A DNA stretch of 61,695 bases, counting the filler, from Basidiobolus meristosporus CBS 931.73 (lineage: Eukaryota > Fungi > Basidiobolomycota): NCBI GenBank assembly GCA_002104905.1. It is 4 parts of 4 records of this genome, joined end to end, with 100 filler letters (N's around TTAATTAATTAA, not from the genome) between each part and the next. Parts side by side here need not be neighbours in the genome. Positions count along the whole stretch, not along the records: positions 13,019 to 31,771 come from MCFE01001049.1; 3 more parts are not named here. The stretch is one strand, 5' to 3'. The position numbers and the translations under genes were made by a program. The notes beneath the pieces were generated by a model that saw only the letters and a list, made by a program, of their open reading frames with translations, searched no databases and had not been told where the DNA came from. Of this stretch, positions 13,701 to 22,859 are shown in pieces (the stretch's first letter is position 1; every line of letters begins with the position of its first letter).

Positions 13701-13995
13701 CTTAAACATGGTACTGCCAACCTGCGTATCAACCTTGGCTCATGGCAGCACGTGACTGCCGGGCCATTGGATACCGTAAGCGTAACTCCCGGACCACCCG
13801 GCACCTCCGCCAAAGCAATCCTGTACCTTTCTCTGCAAGATTGCAATAGGAAAAGGTTCAGGTTTGCTGCGATTACCTCGAAACTACGGAAAAGATGTGA
13901 CCGTTGGAGCAGTGAGAGTCTCTGCTAACTAGCATTCTCAATAAGAGTCATAATCACATGGCCATTCACTATCAATAGATAAAATGCAACGGTAC

Positions 13996-14001
13996 TTTAT
14001 T
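13996..14001 (-). terminator. Candidate polyadenylation signal AATAAA of peptide gene 1
   Basis: TTTATT on + strand ~57 nt downstream of the stop; gene 2 has the same signal at 14946-14951. Confidence 0.5.
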
Positions 14002-14057
14002 CAAGCACACAGACAAGCTATGTTGTTGGAGTGAATGAAAACCTTGATTGTTATTAT

Positions 14058-14507
14058 TTAGCAACCCCAGTCGCATCCACCATACCCTCCATATCCCCCG
14101 TAGCGTCCATATCCCCACCGACCTCCATAACCACCGTAGCGACCGTAACGTCCTCGTCCCCAGTATCTGCCCCTCCGCCGCCCATATCCACCGTATCTCC
14201 CCCATAGCTGGGCCTCTTCAGGATTGCCCTCCTCTTCCTCGACTCCTTGGTCGGCGCCTTGCTTGCTCGAGATAGTCTGATCAAACGTATTCCTCGACAT
14301 CTGGCCGAGAATGCCATCGATGTAGTGTCGAATATTCTGCGCATCCTCTTCCCTGTTGGACGAGAACTTCTTCACCATTTGACCGCTTTGCGGGTTCTTA
14401 TCGGAGATGGATGCGCTCGCTACATTTGTGCTTGACACATCTACGGGACTTCCAAAGGCACTAACGACCATTAGTAGAGCACAGGCTGCGGTAAGTTGTT
14501 TGTACAT
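14058..14507 (-). CDS. Secreted precursor 1 (149 aa) with C-terminal Gly/Tyr/Arg/Trp-rich domain ending GGCDWGC
   Basis: ATG at 14507 (track start is TTG), signal-like MYKQLTAACALLMVVSAFG, TATATAAA 40 nt upstream, AATAAA downstream, paralog with synonymous-biased divergence. Confidence 0.9.
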   Translation of the reverse strand: MYKQLTAACALLMVVSAFGSPVDVSSTNVASASISDKNPQSGQMVKKFSSNREEDAQNIRHYIDGILGQMSRNTFDQTISSKQGADQGVEEEEGNPEEAQLWGRYGGYGRRRGRYWGRGRYGRYGGYGGRWGYGRYGGYGGYGGCDWGC

Positions 14508-14546
14508 TGTGAATGTTGAATACTCCAATAAAGCTCAGCACCAGCC

Positions 14547-14554
14547 TTTATATA
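14547..14554 (-). promoter_or_regulatory. TATA box of peptide gene 1
   Basis: TATATAAA on - strand 40 nt upstream of ATG; equivalent spacing in gene 2. Confidence 0.7.
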
Positions 14555-14734
14555 CAGATACAAGATCGAGGTTGATTGATATCGCATCTAGGAAGCTTCG
14601 CGGAATCGATGGGTTTCGGACGAACGATATATTATATTTTGCATCTATTCTACAGGCATTAGGAAGATACAATAAGAGCTTCTAGAGTAGTGTTATCATG
14701 CGAAAAAAAATGACTACTAACAGTACACCATTAA

Positions 14735-14820
14735 AAGGTAAAAATTGACAGCATTGAAGGTAAAAATTGACCGCATTTAAAGGTAAAGATTGGCACCATT
14801 TATGAAGATAATTGACAGCC
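14735..14820. repeat. Three to four copies of a 22-23-bp unit (AAGGTAAAAATTGACAGCATT) upstream of gene 1
   Basis: Copies start at 14735, 14757 and 14780, plus a degenerate fourth. Confidence 0.7.
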
Positions 14821-14971
14821 AAACTGCAATAAGACTTATCTTTGCCTAGACATCCACCTTATCCATACACATATCCGACTTTCTCTCCATGCTGCAGCTT
14901 GGTAAACATCACTGATTAATTACGATGAGCATTGTCATTATGATGTTTATTAAACGTAAGGATGTAGTGCA

Positions 14972-15391
14972 TTAGCAACCCCAGTCGCATCCACCATAGC
15001 CACCATATCCCCCGTAGCGCCCATATCCCCATCGGCCTCCGTAGCCACCATAGCGACCGTAACGTCCTCGTCCCCAGTATCTGCTTCCCCATCTTCCATA
15101 GCCACCATATCTACCCCAAAGCTCGGCCTCTTCAGAGTCAGTGACTTCACTTGTAGGAGACGCTTGTTCATCTGCCAACCCACCGCCTGACATTTGGCCG
15201 AATATGTCGTCAAGAATGGCGCGAGCATCTTCGTCTTTTGTGGACTGGAATTGTGTTATCATTTTGCCGCTTTGTGGGTCCCGGATGGAGATGGAAGCAC
15301 TTGCTACATTGGTTGCTTCTGGCTGCACAGGGGTTGCCACCGCATATGAGGCAATTAGGAGAGCAAAGGTGACGGAGAAGTGCTTGTACAT
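14972..15391 (-). CDS. Secreted precursor 2 (139 aa), paralog of 14058-14507
   Basis: ATG at 15391 with the same context (TTCACAATGTACAA), signal-like MYKHFSVTFALLIASYAVA, TATA 37 nt upstream, 45/48 identical C-terminal domain. Confidence 0.9.
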   Translation of the reverse strand: MYKHFSVTFALLIASYAVATPVQPEATNVASASISIRDPQSGKMITQFQSTKDEDARAILDDIFGQMSGGGLADEQASPTSEVTDSEEAELWGRYGGYGRWGSRYWGRGRYGRYGGYGGRWGYGRYGGYGGYGGCDWGC

Positions 15392-15427
15392 TGTGAATCT
15401 GAATGAAGCACTTGAGCTGATTATGAG

Positions 15428-15435
15428 TATATATA
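15428..15435 (-). promoter_or_regulatory. TATA box of peptide gene 2
   Basis: TATATATA 37 nt upstream of ATG 15391. Confidence 0.65.
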
Positions 15436-16309
15436 CCCGCACAGCATTAAAGACACTCAACTTTACCTCTGCCTTCAGTGGGAAGCGCTGCGGGTGATCC
15501 ATTTGGCTGTTCAATAGAAGCTGTTTAGTGGCTCTTCATTCAATCAAACACGCAATACACAACAAAAAGCTTAAAAAGATCATTTGTTTAGCAGATATGT
15601 TACAGGTTAGCCACCTCCATATTAACCATATGCTAATATTGATTGTGTGAACTGAGTGTTTACGAGTCTGTACTTCCAGTTGCAGTCATCTCCATGTACC
15701 AATGTATCCTGTCACTGTAGCGTCATTATCCCTTTCTGTTGATGCCATAGATTCCTTTATATCTTCATATTTACTGAAGAATGGCATGATTGATGACATC
15801 TCTTGAGCCAACTCCAGCATTTATTCCCAGTCGGTTACACATACAGTTAACCTGCCGCAGTAAATCCTGAAGAATATACTTGGTCGGTGTATGGTAAGCG
15901 GAATTAGTAAGCTCCAAGTTAGGCTGCGATAATATAAAAATTAGTGTACTTATCGAATATATTCTCAGTGCATATAGCTTGTTGTAAGTTCATGCTAGCT
16001 GATATTGGAAGGGGCTGCGGTTCAAGCACTGAGAACTAGCTGCGATCATTATTACTAAATGACAACCATTGATTGCCTCAAGTATTCCATTTTCATTCTT
16101 AGTTGTACAGTATCTGTTGCAAATATCTTCAAATATTGGGATATTGTGGAGAATATAGGGTACTTGATAGTACAACACTGATTTAGAAGTGTCTAAAATG
16201 ATGAAAGCAGAGGCCTATTACACCTGGGCAGCCTGTAAGCAACTTTCAATCATCAATTACATAAAGAACTGCTCACCAAGGAGTCGATGTAAGTTCAAGT
16301 GCTGAGGCC

Positions 16310-17265
16310 ACTGCACTGCTGTGGAGAATACTGAAGAGGTAATAATATTTTGAGTATGACTACAATAAACCTTATGATCGTCTATGTAAGTATCAGTAGG
16401 TAATAACTTGGCAAGTGGAATGCTGCCAGCTTGATGTGATAGATGCTCCATCTTACCATCAGGCGCCAAAGTAAGTTTATTTATCTATCATAGCCATCAT
16501 AGTTATCGAACAAACGCTCAAAAGATACTCTCCACAAAGCTCAGATGGTCATAAGATCTTATCCGTGCTGTGGGGCAGACGAGAGGTTGAATCAGAATCC
16601 TCGTATGGAAGCCGGTGAGGGACAGCCGTGGTAGGGAGTGATGGAGGTTCAATAGGACGTAATCCCCGTCTCTCATCGCGTATCTCCCCGGTTTTGTCCC
16701 CACGTCTTTAGCAAAGTCTTCGAGAACCCCGACCTCGTGGAACCTTTCACTAAGCAATGATACTTACATTTCACTTGGGATAAATACCTAAGTAGGTAAA
16801 GCCTTTCACCTTATCCACGCATCAACCGGGCGTGTCTTTCACCACCACTATAAGTAATGGAAAGGCTATAAAGATTCGTGTTTTGAATAGATTTCCACAA
16901 GAGCCAGTGAGTTCTTTCACTCTACGAATGTATATGCATGCATTCAATCCGGTTTTACACTTACAGCGAATAGAAATTCAAGCCACGCACACTAAAACAA
17001 GCTACTCATACTATAAAATTGTAGCGCCCGTACTTCACTTGATTTAAGCCTTTTTATGTTACTAGTAGCAAGGAACGGGCTCGCTTGGCTAGAAACTGAA
17101 GTAAGGGTAATACACCCAGGAGTGATCAAATATTCCCCTTCATTGCCATGGTAACTCTGCCTATCTCTCCTTGCCTACCGTCCCTATCCCCTTAAAGCTC
17201 TATACAGTCCTCTTCAGTATTCAATTCAGTGGTGAAACACACACAATGCGATTCAATACCCTTCT
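16310..17265. repeat. Diverged direct repeat X2 (homolog of 13075-13700), ending where the satellite begins
   Basis: Same collinear blocks as X1 plus extra segments (~16610-16800, ~17030-17130). Confidence 0.8.
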
Positions 17266-17270
17266 CTGCA

Positions 17271-17440
17271 TGATATAGGACCTGGGTAATAATAATGAAA
17301 GTTGAGATCTAGGACCTGGGTAATAGTGATGAAAGTTGAGATCTAGGACCTGAGCTAAGGTGATAAAAGCTGAGATCTAGGACATGGGTAATAGTGATGA
17401 TAGTTGAGATCTAGGACCTGGGCTAAGGTGATGAAAGTTG
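17271..17440 (+). repeat. Left remnant (~5 monomers) of the 34-bp satellite array
   Basis: GATCTAGGACCTGGG...GATGAAAGTTGA units cut by the copia insertion at 17441. Confidence 0.92.
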
Positions 17441-17789
17441 TGTTGTAAAAATTTGTATTTCCACCTAAACATTCACCTAACTTAGTCACTTAGATCATTA
17501 CCTTCAAATCCTAGAAAATACTGACCAAATTCCTTGTTGGGCTTTACTTAGAATATTTTCACCAAAATACCAGGTACCCAGTACATGAAAATTCTCAAAG
17601 TTGTCCAAACAGCCCCAAACCTTGCACACATGTTCTTGTGACCTTCCTTAACCTATTCTACGTGTTTGTTATGCCAAGACCAGGTAAAAGTATAAATACT
17701 ACTTTTACAATCAATAAATCATCAAGTGAAAACCACATAATCTACTTGTCCTCCCAATCACTTCCAATATCCCCAAGACTCTTACAACA

Positions 17790-17802
17790 GGTTATGAGCC
17801 CT
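17790..17802 (+). promoter_or_regulatory. Primer binding site complementary to the tRNAiMet anticodon stem-loop (half-tRNA priming)
   Basis: GGTTATGAGCCCT directly after the LTR; variants at 4522, 34849, 43668, 56002; same PBS type as yeast Ty5 and Drosophila copia. Confidence 0.85.
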
Positions 17803-17820
17803 AAGCTGTCACTCTCTGCA

Positions 17821-19242
17821 ATGTCTACTACTGCTATTACTGGAATATTTCCCTCTGCTGAAAGGTTGGATGGCTCTAACTACCAAGTGTGGAAGGTGAA
17901 GATGAAGATGCTGCTACAAGGAAGAGGCCTTTGGGATATTGTCATGGGAGAAGAATCCCCTCCTAAAAACGTGGGAGAGGAAGCCTTAAAGTACCAGAAG
18001 AAAGAACAAAGTGCCTTTAACTGCATTTGCCTTAATGTCAAGGACAAATTGCTAATTCAATGCTCAAGAGCAAAAATGGCAAAGAATGCCTGGAAGGCAT
18101 TAGAAGACACCTACCAGTCATGTTCAGCTGCCAAGAAAATGTATCTGAGAAGAAAATTCTTTACTGCAAAGATGCTGCCAGGAGAAGAAATGAAAAATCT
18201 AATTAATAGAATTACCCTGCTGGTAGATGAGATGGAATCTGTGGGCGTACCAACTACTGAAGAGGATGTGATAGTTACCATCCTGAATAGCCTGACAGAC
18301 AAGTTCCAGGGCCTTGTATCAGCTCTAGAGTCCAGAACTGAAGATTTGACCTTAAATTACGTATATGGAAGGCTCCTGGATGAAGAATTAAGAAAATCAA
18401 GCGTCAATAAGAAGGAAGAAGAAAATGCTTTAATAAGCAATGATAACCAACAAAGGAGGTACCCAAGACCCTACAAAGGCAACAACAACCTATTTTGCAA
18501 CTACTGCAAAAGGAAAGGACACACATCAGACCGGTGTTTCAAAAAGAGAGATTATCAGCAAAAGAAGCCTGAATATGGAAATGCTGCAACAACTGAAGAT
18601 AGACTATTCATATCTGCACTAAATATGACCACAAACAAGGATTCTCAGACGTGGTATATTGACTCTGGAGCTTCTCAACACTTTACACACCAAAAAGAAC
18701 TTTTTACCCATTATCAAGAAATTCCAATTAAGAAGGTTTTCATGGGTGACGATAGAACACTTGATGCAGTGGGAGAAGGAACTATCCAAGTAAACCTTAG
18801 AAGCAGTGAAGGAAGCCATACACTGACCTTTAAAGAAGTACTCTATGTACCAGAAATAGCCAAGAACCTACTCTCTGTAAGCAAGGCCACAGCAGAAGGA
18901 CTCAGTTTCAGTTTTGACAATTCTGGATGCAGGATCACTGATCAAAATGGTGCTCATATTGCTTTGGGCATCAGAGATCAGAATCTATACAAGTTGACTT
19001 ATATTCCATCATATCTGGAAGCCAATATAAGTAACTTAAATGACAAAACACCAATGCTTTGGCACAGGAGATTTGGACACATCAATTTTGATTATTTGCG
19101 TAAAATGATCAAAGATCAGCTAATTTCTGGAGTGAAAATTGATCCCCCAGCTAATTTGGAGCACTGTGAAGCCTGCATATATGGGAAACAAGCTAGACAA
19201 CTGTTCAAGAGCTCTGGGTTAATCAAAACTAAGAAAAATTAG
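17821..19242 (+). CDS. Copia A3 ORF1: gag (CCHC knuckle), aspartic protease, GAG-pre-integrase HHCC domain
   Basis: CNYCKRKGHTSDRC, WYIDSGASQH, WHRRFGH...CEAC; start at 17821 or 17794; stops at the A5 frameshift. Confidence 0.88.
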   Translation: MSTTAITGIFPSAERLDGSNYQVWKVKMKMLLQGRGLWDIVMGEESPPKNVGEEALKYQKKEQSAFNCICLNVKDKLLIQCSRAKMAKNAWKALEDTYQSCSAAKKMYLRRKFFTAKMLPGEEMKNLINRITLLVDEMESVGVPTTEEDVIVTILNSLTDKFQGLVSALESRTEDLTLNYVYGRLLDEELRKSSVNKKEEENALISNDNQQRRYPRPYKGNNNLFCNYCKRKGHTSDRCFKKRDYQQKKPEYGNAATTEDRLFISALNMTTNKDSQTWYIDSGASQHFTHQKELFTHYQEIPIKKVFMGDDRTLDAVGEGTIQVNLRSSEGSHTLTFKEVLYVPEIAKNLLSVSKATAEGLSFSFDNSGCRITDQNGAHIALGIRDQNLYKLTYIPSYLEANISNLNDKTPMLWHRRFGHINFDYLRKMIKDQLISGVKIDPPANLEHCEACIYGKQARQLFKSSGLIKTKKN

Positions 19243-22200
19243 ATCTAATTCACTCAGATCTGTGCGGACCTATGCAAAATTTATCCTTAGGCGGGATGAA
19301 GTATTCAATCACTTTTATTGATGATTATACAAGATACACATGGGTCTACTTCATGGAGAGAAAGGAAGAAGCTCTGTCTAAGTTCAGGGAGTTTAAAGCC
19401 ACGGTGGAGAGAGAAACTGGTGAAAAAATCAAGAAAATATGCTCTGACAATGGTGGAGAATATACCTCAAAACTCTTCATCCACTTCTGCAAAATTCATG
19501 GGATAAAGCAAGAGACTACTGTACCATACTCCCCACAGCAAAATGGAGTAGCAGAACAAACTAACAGATCAATAATTGATATGGCAAGATCTATGATCCA
19601 TGATCAAAAATTATCCTATGATTTTTGGGCGGAATCAGTTGCCACTGCTGTATACCTTAAAAATAGGAGTTATAACAGAATACTTTGTGATTCTACTCCA
19701 TTTGAAGCATGGTATGGATTCAGACCAAGTGCAGAACATCTAAGAATATTTGGGTGTACAGCATATGCCAAAAAACTGGCCGGAAATCAGTCAAAATTTG
19801 AGCCAAAAAGTGTAAAATGCATATTTTTGGGCTACTGCAATGTGAGTAAGGCATACAGACTCTACAATACCAAAGCAAAGAAGCTGATCAAGTCCAGGGA
19901 TGTGTTGTTTGATGAAAATTCAAAATTTTCACAAAAAATGACATCAGATGATGACGAAAATTCTATCTCAAGTCCACCAATTGTCAGGATTGAATCAGAG
20001 CAAAACAATGAAAATTTTTTCACTCCAGAGGACTCTACAACTGTGGTTCAGCCAGAATCAGTGCCCAGCAATATCCCAGAAGTGATCATTCCAGTATCAA
20101 ATGCCCGGAGATCAAATTGGACAAGAAATAGCCCAAATTACTGTATTAATGAGGGTACAAACTTAGCCTATGCCTATTCAGTCCATATTGATGAGCCCCA
20201 GACTGTAAAAGAGGCCCTAAATAGCCCTCAGACAAAGTTTTGGAGATCTGCAATGACTGAGGAATATCAGGCCCTGATGGAAAATCAAACTTGGGACTTA
20301 GTCAAATTACCAATCAACCAAAAATCAATTGGATGCAGATGGGTCTTTAAGACAAAATACAAGGCTGATGGTACAATTGAAAGATACAAAGCAAGACTTG
20401 TAGCTAAAGGATACTCTCAAACAAAAGGACTTGACTATACTGAGACCTTTGCACCGGTGGCCAAGTTTAATTCCATCAGATTAATATTAGACTTGTTCTG
20501 TTGGATAGTGCCACATTGAGCCATGAGTGCCAAATGAGACCATAGCATGCCAGTGAGGCCAACTGAGCCAACACTTGGCCATAGAGTGTGAAACATAGAT
20601 CTGCATCTTTATGCAAAGCAGCCTCTGTGTTTCACTCATTGTGATGAGAAAATCCATTTTTTGACCTTTTTTTTAGGTCAATGTTGCGCAAGATGAGCAA
20701 GAGCACTGAAGGATTGAAGATATGCATCTGGTCCTCAATACCCATGGCACTCTGAATCTAGCTCCTGTAGCTTGTATCATGTCACAAAAATGCATGGTAC
20801 TATCTTGGTCCACTGGTACTATCTGGCACTATATTTAAATATTAACCCTAAAGTAAGATCTATACAAAGCACTTATAGTGCCAGATAGTACCAGTGGACC
20901 AAGATAGTGCCATGCTTTTTTGTGACATGATACAAGCTACAGGAGCTAGATTCAGAGTGCCATGGGTATTGAGTACCAGATGCATATCTTCAGTTCTCCT
21001 GTGCTCTTGCAGATCCTGCACAATATTGATCCACAAAAAAACATCAAAAAATGGATTTTCTCCTGCATCATAGGTGAAACACAGGGGATGCTTTGCATGA
21101 AGATGCAGATCTATGTTTCACACTCTGTGGCCAAGTATAGGCTCACTTGGCCTCTCTGGCACACTACGGCATCATTTGGCACTCATGGCTCAATGTGGCA
21201 CTATCCAATGGAACAAGTCTAGTGGCTATTGCAGCCAAATATAAGTTTTTTATTCATCAAATGGATGTAAAAACTGCATTTTTGAATGGAGAACTTGATG
21301 AGGACGTGTATATGGACCAGCCTGATGGGTTTGTTGACCAAGATAACCCCCATTTGGTCTGCAAGCTTAAAAAGTTGCTATATGGTCTCAAACAATCACT
21401 GAGAGCCTGGAATTGCAAGATAGATTCTTATTTGGAATCTTTGAGTTTCAAAAGAAGTAATGCTGACTATAGTATATACTATAAGCCAGATAGAGCAAAT
21501 CCAGTTCTATTAGCTCTATATGTGGATGATCTTATTATAGCCACCAATAACCTAGAAACATTGGAAGAGACTAAATCCAGCCTATCTAAGGAGTTCAAGA
21601 TGTCCAATCTAGGAGAACTTAGTTACTACTTAGGGATTAAGTTCTCCATAGACAGAAGTACCCAGACTATTACCCTAAGCCAATCCCAGTATATTCAAGA
21701 TATACTAAAGAAGTACAAAATGGAAGACTGTAAATCGGCAGCTACCCCAATGGAGACAAACCTTAACTTGGTCAAAACTCAACCAAATCAAGAGAGCTTG
21801 GTGCCATCTGAAAGCCCTGACTTTCCTTATCAATCTATAGTCAGCAGTCTGATGTATATCATGATTGGAACATGTCCAGATATCTCATATTCAGTGGGAG
21901 TTGTCAGCCAACATAATCGGAAATATGGATCTGATCATATTGCAGCAGTTAAGCGGATTTTTAGATACATAAAAGGAACTGCTGATATTTGCGTAAGATA
22001 CACTTATAAGACCTCAGAACAAGATCTTGTGGGATACTCTGATGCAGATTGGGGACAAAATTTGGAAGACAGAAGATCCACCACAGGATACACCTTTCTT
22101 TACTGTAAAGGAGCAATTTCACGGAATTCAAGAAAGCAACCAACCATAGCACTTTCTACTACAGAGGCAGAGTATATGGCAGCCTGTGAAGCTACAAAAG

Positions 22201-22499
22201 AAGCAATGTGGTTAAGAAAGCTCTTTGCAGATTTAGGCCTATGTCAAAAAACGCCTATTACTTTATTTCAAGATAATCAAGGATGTATACAATCAGGTAG
22301 AAATCCAACTTTTCATGCTAGAACCAAGCACACATATATTAGACATCATTTCATACATGAAGCTATAAAGAATAACTTAGTTAGCTTAGTTTACTGTACT
22401 ACAGATGAAATGAATGCAGACATATTTACCAAACCATTAGCTAGAGACAAGTTTAAATATCTTACGTCAAAATTAGGACTAGTCAGTATGAACATTTAG
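19239..22499 (+). pseudogene. Copia A3 integrase core, RT and RNase H, interrupted by the foldback element
   Basis: [44 protein letters not shown]; frame is restored when 20489-21223 is removed. Confidence 0.92.
20489..21220. mobile_element. 732-bp foldback/MITE-like element: ~345-bp inverted arms around a 40-bp loop
   Basis: Arms 20489-20833 and 20874-21220 are reverse complements (AGACTTGTT...AACAAGTCT); probable 3-bp TSD ATT/AGT; no coding capacity. Confidence 0.93.
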
Positions 22500-22859
22500 C
22501 TGAGTGGGAGTGTTGTAAAAATTTGTATTTCCACCTAAATATTCACCTAACTTAGTCACTTAGATCATTACCTTCAAATCCTAGAAAATACTGACCAAAT
22601 TCCTTGTTGGGATTTACTTAGAATATTTTTACCAAAATACCAGGTACCCAGAACATGAAAATTCTCAAAGTTGTCCAAACAGCCCCAAACTTTGCACACA
22701 TGTTCTTTGGACCTTCCTTAACCTATTCTACGTGTTTTTGATGCCAAGACCAGGTAAAAGTATAAATACTACCTTTACAATCAATAAATCATTAAGTGAA
22801 AACCACATAATCTACTTGTCCTCCCAATCACTTCCAATATCTCCAAGACTCTTACAACA

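Larger units (their letters stand above)
17441..22859 (+). mobile_element. Full-length Ty1/copia element A3 inserted in the satellite
   Basis: LTRs 17441-17789 and 22511-22859 (349 bp, ~12 differences by eye), TSD AGTTG, PBS GGTTATGAGCCCT at 17790, PPT TGAGTGGGAG at 22501. Confidence 0.98.

Noticed and set aside
14048-15497. Overlapping ORFs 14048-14275, 14054-14344, 14247-14435, 14407-14685, 14950-15228, 15141-15497
   Set aside because: Shadows of the GC-rich repetitive peptide genes; paralog substitutions are synonymous only in the called frame
14972-15514. Longer N-termini given by the ORF track for both peptide genes
   Set aside because: Upstream starts are non-ATG and lie at or beyond the TATA region; ATGs at 14507 and 15391 share context and begin signal peptides
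17638-17820. Gag N-terminal extension encoded in the LTR (open in copies at 17638, 34730, 43462)
   Set aside because: The LTR ATG lies upstream of the LTR TATA box (TATAAAT, ~17691), so it would not be transcribed; openness reflects shared ancestry
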